DNA of 62,415 nt, the filler included, from Nitrospinota bacterium (GTDB lineage Bacteria > JAUXIQ01), in the NCBI GenBank assembly GCA_030620925.1. It is 11 parts of 11 records of this genome, joined end to end, with 100 filler letters (N's around TTAATTAATTAA, not from the genome) between each part and the next. Parts side by side here need not be neighbours in the genome. Positions count along the whole stretch, not along the records: positions 1 to 23,975 come from JAUXIQ010000003.1; positions 24,076 to 27,345 come from JAUXIQ010000340.1; positions 27,446 to 30,577 come from JAUXIQ010000359.1; positions 30,678 to 35,798 come from JAUXIQ010000178.1; 7 more parts are not named here. One strand, written 5' to 3'. The notes below the pieces were generated by a model, which was not told the origin of the DNA, made no database searches, and was given only the letters and a program-made list of their open reading frames with translations. Below, piece by piece: positions 20,386 to 31,028 of the stretch; the first letter of the stretch is position 1; the number at the start of each line of letters is the position of its first letter. The position numbers were made by a program, and so were the translations under genes.

Positions 20386-21558
20386 TCAATCCTTCCCGCC
20401 CTGCGATCGTTGCGAGCGTATCTTTATGAAACCGACGATCAGGTCTCCCAACCCGATGGACGTTTCCCTGTTCACGCGGGGTATGGAGAAGAGGCAGTAA
20501 CCGCAGAGTATGATGTTCGGCAGCCACGCCGCCAGCAGGGGAGGCAGGACGTTTTCATCGCCCAGTCCCTTTCCCACCGTGAGGATGGTGTAGTAGAGGA
20601 AAGCTATTACTATGCTCACCACGAACCCACCCGATCTTTTCAGCCTCCGGTTGCGGATACCCACGGTGGCTCCGATGAGGGCGAAGAGGAGAACGGCGAA
20701 AGGCGCTGCAAACATTTCATGATATTCCATGAGCATAGGGTAGTAGAGTCGGTGGTCGCTGCTCAAGGTTTTTAACTTTTCCCTGAGTTTGATGACGTCT
20801 AACTTCTTCTTCCTCTCCAGCCTCCTTTTAGTGGAGGTCAGGGCCTTGTTTACGTCCAGGGAAAGGTCGTTTTGGGAGAAGGTGAGAAGGTTATACTTCC
20901 TCCCGTCGTCTGACGGGCTGTGAATGCTGCCGTCTTTCAGCTTCAAGGTTATCTTGAATGCCTCCGGGTCTCTCAACAGGTAGCCCTCGCGGGCGAAGAT
21001 GGCCCGGGGGGTCTTTCCTCCCCTGTAATCGACGATCATTATCCCCTTCAAGGTGCTGGAAGCGGGCGGTATCTCCTCCAAGTAGATGACGAACTGGTCG
21101 AAATCTTTAATGAAAGCGCCCTCTTTGAGTTTCAGGCTGATGTTCGAGCTTATTATCCTGAACGCCTCACTACGGAAGGCGTTGGCACCCCACGGCTCGG
21201 CGAAAAGGGCCAGATAGAACATCACTGCCAGAGCCATGCTTCCCAGGAGCAGCGGAGGGACCAGGAGTTTATAGAGGCTCTGGCCGGCCGCTTTCATGGC
21301 GGTTATCTCACCGTCTGATGAGAACCTGCTGTAAGTCATCGCCGCCGCTGCAAGGATGGCGGGTGGGATGGAGAGGGTCATCAGGGGAAGCGCCATGTAT
21401 CCCATCAGCTTGAGCACTTCGGACACCGGGACACCCAGGAACACCAGCTCGCTGAAAAAGGGGATGCGCCAGAGGGAGATCACGAAGGTGAACACCAGCA
21501 GCAGTATTCCGAGAAGGGAGAACAGCTCTCTGAAGATGTATCGGTCGAGGATTTTCAT
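20386..21558 (-). CDS. lptF: LPS export ABC permease LptF
   Basis: MKILDRYIFRE, SDGEITAMKAAG, LPPLLAAWLPNI. Confidence 0.85.
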   Translation of the reverse strand: MKILDRYIFRELFSLLGILLLVFTFVISLWRIPFFSELVFLGVPVSEVLKLMGYMALPLMTLSIPPAILAAAAMTYSRFSSDGEITAMKAAGQSLYKLLVPPLLLGSMALAVMFYLALFAEPWGANAFRSEAFRIISSNISLKLKEGAFIKDFDQFVIYLEEIPPASSTLKGIMIVDYRGGKTPRAIFAREGYLLRDPEAFKITLKLKDGSIHSPSDDGRKYNLLTFSQNDLSLDVNKALTSTKRRLERKKKLDVIKLREKLKTLSSDHRLYYPMLMEYHEMFAAPFAVLLFALIGATVGIRNRRLKRSGGFVVSIVIAFLYYTILTVGKGLGDENVLPPLLAAWLPNIILCGYCLFSIPRVNRETSIGLGDLIVGFIKIRSQRSQGGKD

Positions 21559-21635
21559 GCCCTGATACCCCACGTGGGAAAAACAGTAAAGAACGAGCAG
21601 GCCGCGACAGGTAATTATACATCACCTGTCTTGAA

Positions 21636-22928
21636 TCATACCCCGACTTTGTTCAGAGAGAGGTCGAAGGCGGTCTTTTTGCTCTTACCCGAAGGTTTGA
21701 AGCCGCCATCAGGCGGCGGATCAAAGGCGTGGGGATTTTTCCATACCTCGATAGGCAGGGGTGTGCCCTGGGGTATGGCATCGATATACTGTTTTCTGAA
21801 CAGGGGGTCTTGCATCCTGCACTGGCCGTGGGCGTCTTTGTAAGCGGAGTGGGAGAGCATCCTCTGCCAGATTGCTGCCAGCGGCTCCTCCCTTATGCTG
21901 CCGAAGGAGAGGGGTGTGAAATCGCAGGGGCCGATGTCTCCCCAGGCGGTCATGTAGAACTGTTCGTTGGCCGCGAAGCAGCCCGAGCCCTGGGGGCTGT
22001 TAACCCAGGCCTGGGAGATACACTGGGGGTAATCGGGGTCTTCCCGCCACTTTTCGGTGAGACTGCGGACTTCGTTCTTCTCATCCTGGTCGAGGATACA
22101 GTCGCAGTTGTGCAGGTACTCGCCGGTGGGCACGGTATCGAATATGGTCAGCTCGTGGACGCCGATTTCCTTGCCCAGCTCCATCATTTTCTGTAGTTTG
22201 CCTTCTTTCAGGTTTTCATGGCTGGCGTAAGTGGATATGCCCACCAGGACGCCTTCTTCCAGGAGGTTGCGCATCCCCTCCACGGCCTTCTTGAACAGGC
22301 CGGGGCAGCGCCTCATGGAATCGTGTTCCTCTTCCTGGGGGCTGTCCAGGCTGACCATAACCGAGAAGATGCCCGCCTCGTTCAGGTCGCGGGCCATTTC
22401 CCTGGTGAGGCCCATGCCGTTGGTGAACATCATGCAGTTGGCCCGGGCAGGGTCCACGTGGGAGATTATCTCCAGGATATCTTTCCGCATCAGCGGCTCG
22501 CCGCCGCTCAGCGTTACGTTGACCACCCCCAGGTCCAGCGCCTGGTCCACCAGGTTTTTGAACTCTTCGGTGGTCAGCTCCTTTTTGTCTTTGCGGGACA
22601 TATTTAAAGCGGCGCTGCAATGGACGCACTTTGCCTGGCAGCGGTTGGTGGTCTGGAGGGTGCAGGTGGAGGGGTAGAGAGTCTTGGTAAAAGTCCTCAT
22701 CAGCTTGCGGGTGAGGTCCGCCACCGCGGCTTCGCTGGGTATGGGAGGCTGGTAGAGGGTGTAGACGTTGCCTCCCCCTTTGGTCGCTATCACCCGGTTT
22801 TTATTCAGCCCCTGCAAAAACAGCGACAGGTAGCCGTTCAGCAGGGAGCCCATGGTGCCAGTGGCTCTGCCCTGAACCTGCCCGTCGGCAAGCTCCAGCT
22901 CCAGCCCCAGCACTTCGTAATGCGGCAT
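21636..22928 (-). CDS. Radical SAM protein with SPASM/twitch-like C-terminal domain
   Basis: CQAKCVHC (CxxxCxxC), SGGEPL, GC..G.IGPCDF. Confidence 0.88.
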   Translation of the reverse strand: MPHYEVLGLELELADGQVQGRATGTMGSLLNGYLSLFLQGLNKNRVIATKGGGNVYTLYQPPIPSEAAVADLTRKLMRTFTKTLYPSTCTLQTTNRCQAKCVHCSAALNMSRKDKKELTTEEFKNLVDQALDLGVVNVTLSGGEPLMRKDILEIISHVDPARANCMMFTNGMGLTREMARDLNEAGIFSVMVSLDSPQEEEHDSMRRCPGLFKKAVEGMRNLLEEGVLVGISTYASHENLKEGKLQKMMELGKEIGVHELTIFDTVPTGEYLHNCDCILDQDEKNEVRSLTEKWREDPDYPQCISQAWVNSPQGSGCFAANEQFYMTAWGDIGPCDFTPLSFGSIREEPLAAIWQRMLSHSAYKDAHGQCRMQDPLFRKQYIDAIPQGTPLPIEVWKNPHAFDPPPDGGFKPSGKSKKTAFDLSLNKVGV

Positions 22929-23129
22929 TTGATTATTCCTGGATAATGACGTATTATTGCCTTTTCAACGGCCTCAAACTTACTTTCGGTAATATAAATA
23001 AACTAATTTAATATTATCTCGAAACTGCTGTTTGTCAAGGTTAAAGAGGCGGCAGAGCTTGCGGATAAAGGCTTCGCGGTCGGCTAATAAAATGGCGTTG
23101 AAAACGAGAAAAGGAGGGGAACGGTTTCT

Positions 23130-23975
23130 ATGAGCCTATCCAGAGAGGAATTGGAGCGGATCGACCTGTACTTCCATCCCGAAAGCGTGGCGGTTGTGGG
23201 CGCATCGGCCAACCCGGTCAAGTTCGGCTACCAGGTGGTGAAGAACCTCATAAACTTGAACTTTCCGGGCGTAATTTACCCTATCAACCCCACCGCCCCC
23301 GAGGTGCAGGGGTTCAAGGCCTACCCGTCCGTCGTGGACGTGCCCGACGGCATCGACGTGGTGGTCATGGCCGTTCCTTCGCACGTGGTGCCCGGTGTGA
23401 TGCGGGATTGTGAGCGCAAGGGCGTTAAGAACGTGGTGATCGTCGCCTCCGGTTTCGACGAGGCGGGTCCCGAGGGGCAGGCATACCAGCGGGAGGTGCT
23501 GGAAACGGCCCGCAGGGGCGGCATCCGGATCGTGGGGCCCAACACCACGGGCATACTGAACCCTTCTTACGGGTTCACCAGCACTTTCGTCCCCCTGGAT
23601 GAGGTCAAGTCGGGGGAAATATCCTTCATCTCGCAGACGGGGATGTTCGCGGGGATGATGATGGAATGGATCGTATCCAGCCAGGAGTTCGGGTTTCGCA
23701 AGGTGGCGGGGTTGGGCAACAAGTGCGACGTCGCCGACCACGAGATACTCTTCTACCTGGGGCAGGATGAGGGCACCAGGGTCATTCTCATGCACATGGA
23801 AGGCACCAAGCAGGGGGCGAAATTTTTCGAGGCGCTGAGAAGCGTCACCAGGGTTAAACCCGTGGTGGTGCTCAAATCGGCGATGTCGAAAGCCGGGGCC
23901 AGGGCCGCATCTTCCCATTCGGCTTCTCTCGCCAGTGACGACAAGGTCTTCGGCGCCATGCTGGCGCAGAGCGGC
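23130..23975 (+). CDS. ADP-forming acyl-CoA synthetase alpha-like CoA-binding protein (3' truncated at contig end)
   Basis: PESVAVVGAS, YPINP, GIRIVGPNTTG, SQTG, GNKCDV. Confidence 0.85.
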
Positions 23976-24075
23976 NNNNNNNNNNNNNNNNNNNNNNNNN
24001 NNNNNNNNNNNNNNNNNNNTTAATTAATTAANNNNNNNNNNNNNNNNNNNNNNNNNNNNNNNNNNNNNNNNNNNN
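23976..24075. other. Artificial contig spacer (also 27346-27445, 30578-30677, 35799-35898, 40595-40694, 43217-43316, 46340-46439, 51377-51476, 54974-55073, 59463-59562)
   Basis: Ten identical blocks of 44 N + TTAATTAATTAA (stops in all six frames) + 44 N; genes are cut at these points. Confidence 0.98.
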
Positions 24076-24076
24076 C

Positions 24077-24463
24077 ACGTTTATTAATTCACCGCGTCTG
24101 CTGCGCCCTACCCTTCAACTGAGGGAAAACGACAGCATCTTTTTCGCGGGGCAGATTACCGGCGTGGAGGGCTACGTAGAATCGGCTGCCGCCGGCTTGT
24201 TGGCGGGTATAAACGCGGCGCGGGTGCGAAAAGGGCTGGAGGCCGTCGTTCCTCCGCCCTCCACCGCGCACGGCGGCCTGTTATCCTACATCTCTAACCC
24301 GGAAAAAGAGGATTTCCAGCCTATGAACATGAACTTCGGGTTGCTGCCGCCTCTTTCCGAAAAAATCAGGGATAAGCGACAGCGTAGAAGGGCGATGGCT
24401 GAGAGAGCACTGGCGGATTTAGAGAAATGGGCCCAATGCCAGGTTATTCATATAGGCCCCTGA
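24077..24463 (+). CDS. trmFO: tRNA (uracil-54) methyltransferase TrmFO, C-terminal part (5' truncated)
   Basis: Frame is open from the contig start: TFINSP...FFAGQITGVEGYVESAA...FQPMNMNFGL. Confidence 0.92.
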   Translation, partial: TFINSPRLLRPTLQLRENDSIFFAGQITGVEGYVESAAAGLLAGINAARVRKGLEAVVPPPSTAHGGLLSYISNPEKEDFQPMNMNFGLLPPLSEKIRDKRQRRRAMAERALADLEKWAQCQVIHIGP

Positions 24464-24492
24464 TCGGCCTTTTAGTCTGAAAGGGTAACAGC

Positions 24493-25950
24493 TTGATTCC
24501 TCATCTAACAGAGTTTAATAGATATCTGGCCCTGGAGCGAAACTATTCAACCCACACCATAAGGGCATATATTAGAGATATCGAGCAACTCGGAGACTTC
24601 CTCAAGAAACAGGGAGCGCGTGACGCCGAAGGGTCTATACCATGGGATAACGTGGACCATCTCATGGTGCGGGCCTTCATGGGCAAACTGTACAGTTCGG
24701 GCATCAGCAGCTCCACGGCGGCGAGGAAGCTGTCCGCCATCAAGACCTTCTTCAAGTTCCTGGAGCGCGAAGGACATATCGACGTAAACAAAGTCCGGCT
24801 GGTCACCGCCCCTAAAAAAGAGAAGAACGTGCCCGTTTTCCTGACCGTGGACGAAGTATACGGGCTGCTGGGACTCACCCCCGATGCAGACCCTCTCTCC
24901 TTGAGGAACCGCGCCCTGATCGAGCTGCTTTATGCAACGGGCATACGGGTAGCGGAGCTTGTCTCCCTCAGCAAAAGAGACATGGATCTCCGCAGCCGCC
25001 TGGTCCGCGTGAAAGGCAAAGGGGGGAAGGAGCGGATCGTTCCTCTGGGTATACCCGCCGTCAAGGCACTCGAGGAATATATTGAACGTATGGGTGAGCT
25101 GCGAGGGAAACAGGGCGGCATGGACGCGGAAGCGCTGTTCATAAACAACAGGGGCAAGCGGTTGACCGACAGAGGAGTGCGCGACATGCTATCGCGCCTC
25201 ATCAGAAAGGGGGCCATGAATAAGAAGATCAGCCCGCATTCACTGAGGCATACCTTCGCCACCCATCTATTAAACGCCGGTGCGGACTTGAGGATCATCC
25301 AGGAGCTCCTGGGCCACGCCAGCCTTTCCAGCACCCAGATCTATACGCATCTGGAGCTGGACAAGCTCATGCACGTTTACGACCAGGCCCATCCCAGGGC
25401 ACGTAAAAAACCTGTCATCAGGTCCACCACGGTTCTGACCATGAGGCACAAAGGCCGGGTGGTCATGGCCAGCGACGGACAGGTGAGCATGGGTGATGTT
25501 ATAATGAAACATGGAGCCAGGAAGGTGCGCAAGCTTTTCGACGATAAAGTGCTGGCCGGTTTTGCAGGTGCAGCCGCCGACGCCTTCGCCCTCTTCTCCC
25601 GCTTCGAAGCCAAGCTGGAGGAGCATCAGGGCAACCTGACACGCGCCGCCGTGGAGATGGCCAAAGACTGGCGCACCGACCGCATACTCAGACGACTCGA
25701 GGCACTGCTGGCGGTGGCTGACGAAGAAAACATACTCATCCTCTCCGGCACGGGCGACGTCATAGAGCCGGACCAGGGAGTGATAGGAATAGGCTCAGGG
25801 GGCGGTTACGCTCAGGCCGCCGCCCAGGCACTGATGGAGAACTCCCAGCTCGACACTATACAAATCGCGAAAGAGGCCATGCGCATAGCGGCTTCTTTGT
25901 GCGTCTACTCCAACGAAAACATAACCATAGAAGAATTGCAACTTCAGTGA
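24493..25950 (+). CDS. xerC/hslV: Fusion: tyrosine recombinase XerC (aa 1-~303) + HslV/ClpQ protease (from Thr312)
   Basis: Xer[49 protein letters not shown]. Then, with no stop, RS-TTVL..DGQVS..ARK(33)..[18 protein letters not shown]. Sits in trmFO-xerC-hslV-hslU synteny. Confidence 0.9.
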   Translation: MIPHLTEFNRYLALERNYSTHTIRAYIRDIEQLGDFLKKQGARDAEGSIPWDNVDHLMVRAFMGKLYSSGISSSTAARKLSAIKTFFKFLEREGHIDVNKVRLVTAPKKEKNVPVFLTVDEVYGLLGLTPDADPLSLRNRALIELLYATGIRVAELVSLSKRDMDLRSRLVRVKGKGGKERIVPLGIPAVKALEEYIERMGELRGKQGGMDAEALFINNRGKRLTDRGVRDMLSRLIRKGAMNKKISPHSLRHTFATHLLNAGADLRIIQELLGHASLSSTQIYTHLELDKLMHVYDQAHPRARKKPVIRSTTVLTMRHKGRVVMASDGQVSMGDVIMKHGARKVRKLFDDKVLAGFAGAAADAFALFSRFEAKLEEHQGNLTRAAVEMAKDWRTDRILRRLEALLAVADEENILILSGTGDVIEPDQGVIGIGSGGGYAQAAAQALMENSQLDTIQIAKEAMRIAASLCVYSNENITIEELQLQ

Positions 25951-25971
25951 AACAGGCATAGAGAAAACATC

Positions 25972-27345
25972 ATGGAACAGCTCACGCCAAAACAGATAGT
26001 CAAGGAACTGGACAAATATATCATCGGGCAGCATAAAGCCAAGCGGTCCGTGGCCACCGCACTCAGGAACAGGTGGCGCAGGCAGCAACTCCCCCCGGAG
26101 CTCAAGGACGAAGTTGCACCGAAAAACATCATAATGATAGGCCCCACCGGAGTGGGCAAAACGGAGATCGCCCGCCGCCTCGCCTCACTGGCCAGGTCTC
26201 CCTTCCTGAAAGTGGAGGCCACCAAGTTCACCGAAGTAGGCTACGTCGGGCGAGACGTGGAATCCATGATAAGGGACCTCACCGAACTGGCCAGGAACAT
26301 GATCCACCAGGAGAAAACCGAGGAAGTAAAGGAGAAAGCCAGGGTCATGGCCGAGGAGAGGGTGCTCGACCTGCTCATCCCTCCCACTCCTGCCCAGCAA
26401 AGAGAGTTCTCACTGGATGATGAGAAAGAAGAAGGTAGTCCAGTGGAAACACCCCTGGACAGTTACCAAACCACGAGGGAGAAGTTCAGAAAATATCTCA
26501 GGGAGGGAAGACTGGACCACCGACAGGTGGAGCTCGAAGTGGCCGACCGCTCCTCCCCCATGATAGAAGTTATAAGCGGCGCGGGAGTGGAAGATATAGA
26601 CATCAACCTTAAAGACATGCTGGGGAACATATTCCCGCAGCGCACCAAGCGACGGAAAGTGGACCTGCCCGAAGCACTGGAAATACTCACCGCCGAGGAA
26701 GCGGATAAGCTGGTAGACATGGACAAGGTCACCAAAGAGGCTCTGGAGCGCGTAGAGCAATCGGGGATCATATTCCTGGACGAGCTGGACAAGATTACCG
26801 GCCGGGAGACCGTGGCGGGGCCCGACGTCTCCAGGGAAGGAGTGCAGCGCGACCTCCTGCCCATCGTAGAGGGTTCCACGGTGGGGACCAAATATGGTAT
26901 GGTAAAGACGGACCACATCCTGTTCATAGCCGCAGGGGCGTTTCATGCATCCAAACCCTCAGACCTCATCCCCGAGATGCAGGGGAGGTTTCCCATACGC
27001 GTGGAGCTGGGTTCGCTGGGTAAGGCGGAGTTTATCAAGATACTCACCGAACCCCAGAACGCACTGATAAAACAGTATAAAGCGCTCCTGGAGACCGAAA
27101 ACATCCGCCTCAACTTTACTGAGGACTCTATGGAGGAGATCGCCTCCCTCGCCGAATCGGTCAACGAGCGCACGGAGAACATCGGCGCGAGGCGCCTGCA
27201 TACCATAATGGAAAAACTGCTTGACGACATCTCTTACGAGGCGCCGGAAAGCGAAGAAGTTGAAATAACCATCGATGCCGCTTACGTCAGGGAAAAACTT
27301 GCGGATATCGCCAAGGACGAAGACTTGAGCCGCTATATTCTGTAG
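25972..27345 (+). CDS. hslU: ATP-dependent protease ATPase subunit HslU
   Basis: [17 protein letters not shown] pore motif, [14 protein letters not shown]-terminal DEDLSRYIL. Confidence 0.97.
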   Translation: MEQLTPKQIVKELDKYIIGQHKAKRSVATALRNRWRRQQLPPELKDEVAPKNIIMIGPTGVGKTEIARRLASLARSPFLKVEATKFTEVGYVGRDVESMIRDLTELARNMIHQEKTEEVKEKARVMAEERVLDLLIPPTPAQQREFSLDDEKEEGSPVETPLDSYQTTREKFRKYLREGRLDHRQVELEVADRSSPMIEVISGAGVEDIDINLKDMLGNIFPQRTKRRKVDLPEALEILTAEEADKLVDMDKVTKEALERVEQSGIIFLDELDKITGRETVAGPDVSREGVQRDLLPIVEGSTVGTKYGMVKTDHILFIAAGAFHASKPSDLIPEMQGRFPIRVELGSLGKAEFIKILTEPQNALIKQYKALLETENIRLNFTEDSMEEIASLAESVNERTENIGARRLHTIMEKLLDDISYEAPESEEVEITIDAAYVREKLADIAKDEDLSRYIL

Positions 27346-27445
27346 NNNNNNNNNNNNNNNNNNNNNNNNNNNNNNNNNNNNNNNNNNNNTTAATTAATTA
27401 ANNNNNNNNNNNNNNNNNNNNNNNNNNNNNNNNNNNNNNNNNNNN

Positions 27446-28437
27446 AGTCCGCCGTGGGTATTCACGGGGAGCTCGCCGCCCAGCTCGATTCGTCCTCCTT
27501 CCACGAAGGAACCGCCCTCGCCCTTTTCGCAAAACCCCAGGTCCTCCAACTGGCAGAGGACGATGTAGGTAAAGCAGTCGTATACCTCCGCTACGTCTAT
27601 GTCTTTATGGGAGACACCGGCCATCTCGAATGCCTTGGGAGCGGCCTTGGCGGTGCCCAGGCGGGTAATGTCGGGGCGCTGGGTGATGGTGCTGGGTGAA
27701 TCGGGATGCCCCTCGGCCACGCCCATGATGTAAACGGGGGTCTGTTTCATGTCTTTGGCCCGCTCGGCGCTGCTCACGATTACCGCCGTTCCGCCGTCGC
27801 TCTCCAGGCAGCAATCGAAGAGGTGGAGGGGCTCGGAGATCATGCGGGAGTTCTGGTGGTCCTCCAGGGTCATGGGTTTATTCATGAGGGCGTTGTCGTT
27901 CATCATGGCGTGTTTGCGCATGGTCATGGCTATCTGCGCCAGCTGCTCGCTCTTGGTTCCATAGAGCTCCATGTGGCGGCGGGCCATGGGCGCGTAGTAT
28001 TGGGCGGGAGCGTTGGCCCCGATGGGCATCTCGTATTCGGTAACGGTTTTGAACTGGGGCAGTTGTGAAACCCGCGTGCCCACGCGGCCGCCCGAATAGC
28101 CGTTCCTCCCCACCACGCACAGCACGTGGTTGGCTACTCCGGTGGATACGGCCATGGCCGCGCTCTGCAAGGAGGCCACGCAGCTTGCGCCGCCCATGGG
28201 GGTAGTGGCCGAGTAGCGGAGGTCGTCGATGCCGAAGTTGGTGATGAAATCCTCCGCTACTGTTCCCGTGGTGGCATAGGGGATGACCCCGTCTATGTCC
28301 TTGGGGGAAAGTCCGGCGTCTTCTATGGCACGAAGCGATGCCTGGAGCTGCAGCGCCAGTATGCTCATGCCCGAGCCTTTAGTATATTCCGTCTCTCCCA
28401 CGCCGGTTACTGCGGCGCGTTCTTTAAGCCAGCTCAT
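27446..28437 (-). CDS. Thiolase-superfamily protein (SCP2-thiolase/Ltp-like), 3' truncated
   Basis: AAVTGVGET, DCCLESDGG, EVYDCFT, LPVNTHGG. Confidence 0.85.
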
Positions 28438-28468
28438 CGCCTGCTCCTCTCGGTTATTATTGAATCGA

Positions 28469-30103
28469 TCATTCTTCGGATATGTTCAGTTCCCTGGAGG
28501 CTATCTTACTGAGATTGAACTTCTGCACCTTGCCGCTGGCGGTCATGGGGTAATCCTTCATGAACAGCACGTATCGGGGGCGCTTGAAGTTAGCTATATC
28601 TTTACAGAAATCCATAAGCTCCTGCTCGGAGACGTTGGCCCCGTCGTTGAGGATGACGCATGCGGCCGCGACCTCGTTCAGCCTCTCGTCGGGCACGCCC
28701 ACCACCTTCACCTGGTTCACCGCCGGATGTTTCATCAGGTGGCCTTCCAGCTCCACGGGGTCCATGTTCTCCCCGCCCACCTTCAACATTTCCTTATAGC
28801 GCCCCATGAAGCGCAGGTAACCGTCTTCGGTGAGGAGGCCCATGTCCCCCGAGAGGATCCAGCCGTCCTCGTTGATGGTTTTGGCCGTTTCCTCCGGCTT
28901 CTTGTAGTAGCCTTCCATCATCATGTAGGTCTTGCAGTATATCTCGCCGGGGGTGTTGGGGGGCAGCTCTTCGCCGGTGTCGGGGTCTATAATCTTGAAT
29001 TCGTAGCCTACCAGGGGGTAGCCCGATAAGCTGGCGTTGAACTCTGCAGGATCGTGGGGAAAACCCAGCCCACCTCCCGCGCCCACCTCGGTCATCCCCC
29101 AGCCGGAGACGAAACCGCCCAATTTTTCCTGGGCCATACGGGCGATGGGTATGGAGCTGTCCATTCCTGAGGCCACCAGGCCGGTGCGGATGCTGCTGGT
29201 GTCCCGGGTATCGAAGTCGGGGTGCTGCAAGATGTCGTGGATGTGGGTATCAAAGCCGTGGGTCATGGTGCATTTTTCCTGTTCGATGAGCTGGAGCGCT
29301 TCTCTAGGGTCGAATTTGGCCGTGAGCACCATTCGCGCGCCGGATACGAAGGATATGAGCGTCCCCTCGTAGATGCCGAAGGCGTGGAAGAGGGGGAGGT
29401 ACATCAGATTGACGTCGTTCGGTTTAATGCCTAACCTGCTGACCTGGTCCATGATATTGCGGATGATGTGGTGGGAGTGCATGACTCCTTTGGGGAATCC
29501 GGTGGTGCCGGAGGTATACATTATAGTGGAGATATCGTCGGGGTTGATTGAGTTTTCCCGCTGGTGCAGCTCTTCCTCGCTGACCGATTCTCCCATCTCC
29601 AGCACCTCTTTCCAGCCGTATGTGCCGGGGTATTTATTATCGCTCAGGATGACCACCCGCTCGAGCTGGGGGAATTTGGCCAGCGACAGGTTTTCCCTGG
29701 GTGAGGTCTCGAGCTCGGGGCACAGCTCCTGGATCATCTTGATATAGTTGATGGGGCCGGAGACGTCCCCCGATACGAGGGTGGTGGTGTCCGACTGATT
29801 CACCACGTAATCCAGATCCCCGGTGCGGAACTGCGTGTTGATGGGCACCAGCACGGCCCCCACCTTTGCCAGCGCAAACTGGATGAAGACCCACTCAGGC
29901 ATGTTCAACAGCCACAGGGATACCTTGTCGTCGGGCTGAATACCCAGGGCCATGAGCCCCCTGGCGGCGCGGTCTGTCTCCTCTTTAACCTGGTTGAACG
30001 ACCAGCGCTTACCCTCGAAGTACATAAACTCTTTGTCGCCATACTTGGCGGCAGCTCTATTGACCAATTCGCCGTAGGTGATCTTCTCGAACCAATCAGC
30101 CAT
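28469..30103 (-). CDS. AMP-forming acyl-CoA synthetase
   Basis: YTSGTTGFPKG, WGMTE, SGDMG, GRYKEMLKVGGEN, PMTASGKVQK. Confidence 0.92.
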   Translation of the reverse strand: MADWFEKITYGELVNRAAAKYGDKEFMYFEGKRWSFNQVKEETDRAARGLMALGIQPDDKVSLWLLNMPEWVFIQFALAKVGAVLVPINTQFRTGDLDYVVNQSDTTTLVSGDVSGPINYIKMIQELCPELETSPRENLSLAKFPQLERVVILSDNKYPGTYGWKEVLEMGESVSEEELHQRENSINPDDISTIMYTSGTTGFPKGVMHSHHIIRNIMDQVSRLGIKPNDVNLMYLPLFHAFGIYEGTLISFVSGARMVLTAKFDPREALQLIEQEKCTMTHGFDTHIHDILQHPDFDTRDTSSIRTGLVASGMDSSIPIARMAQEKLGGFVSGWGMTEVGAGGGLGFPHDPAEFNASLSGYPLVGYEFKIIDPDTGEELPPNTPGEIYCKTYMMMEGYYKKPEETAKTINEDGWILSGDMGLLTEDGYLRFMGRYKEMLKVGGENMDPVELEGHLMKHPAVNQVKVVGVPDERLNEVAAACVILNDGANVSEQELMDFCKDIANFKRPRYVLFMKDYPMTASGKVQKFNLSKIASRELNISEE

Positions 30104-30287
30104 GTTTTCGTTCCTCTCCCCGTTTTTATACCACTTAGCAGGTTTTCGACTGAATAAGCTAGTTTAGCATAATGTAAACGTCCCGAAAAAGTCAATCCCG
30201 GGATGTTCTTTATATACTAAGAGAAGGACAGGGATTTTAAAAAGGTTTACCCGGGTTAAACCGACCTTGAATTATTCGGCCCTGAGA

Positions 30288-30577
30288 TTATTCTTCTTTT
30301 ATTTTATTGGTTATAATGTCCCGGAGGACGAATTTCTGCACTTTGCCGCTGGGGGTCATGGGAAACTCGCCGACTATCTCCAGCCGTTCAGGATAATACT
30401 GCTTGGCCATTTTCTGTTCGGTGAGGAAATCTATCATTTCCTGGAAGGTAAGGGTTTCTCCTTCCTTGAGGATTACGTAGGCGCAGCCTTTTTCCTGCAT
30501 GCGTTCGTCGGGCATGGCAACGATGGCTGCGTTCATTATCTTGGGGTGCTTATGAAGGATGTTTTCCACCTCCACCA
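30288..30577 (-). CDS. AMP-forming acyl-CoA ligase, C-terminal fragment (5' truncated)
   Basis: EVENILHKHP, MPDERMQE, PMTPSGKVQK. Confidence 0.85.
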
Positions 30578-30677
30578 NNNNNNNNNNNNNNNNNNNNNNN
30601 NNNNNNNNNNNNNNNNNNNNNTTAATTAATTAANNNNNNNNNNNNNNNNNNNNNNNNNNNNNNNNNNNNNNNNNNNN

Positions 30678-30957
30678 CTAACGTATAGGGAGGGTCGATC
30701 GCTTCACCTTTCATGCGAGCTTCCATTATCGTCGCCAGGTCGGGAATGCCTGATTCCTCGAATTTTGTTGACAGCCCAACGTCGCGGTTGTCGAACCGAA
30801 TGACGAAATGTCCCCTATCGACGAGCTGTCCGCAGAACTCTTCATCCCAGACGATCATTTGGAGAGCAAATCCAGCAATCAAAAGTAACGGTCGGGCTGA
30901 AGGGTCTCCGAAAGTGTCATATTCAATCTGTATTCCGTTGGCTTTTACATTTGGCAT
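30678..30957 (-). CDS. Alpha/beta hydrolase, N-terminal fragment
   Basis: ANGIQIEYDTFGD, VIRFDNRDVGLS, PPYTL. Confidence 0.85.
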
Positions 30958-31028
30958 AATCTTTTCCTCCTCGTTTGAAGTGTTTCAGTTCCTCCGGGTC
31001 TTCTGTTTCTGTAATCCTGTGAACAATT

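Noticed and set aside
24020-24031. TTAATTAATTAA palindrome recurring ten times
   Set aside because: Always centred in 100-nt N blocks; it is an artificial six-frame-stop linker.
24493-25400. Tyrosine recombinase as a prophage or island integrase
   Set aside because: The trmFO-xerC-hslV-hslU context and HPRA C-terminus indicate housekeeping XerC; no att site, tRNA or phage genes.
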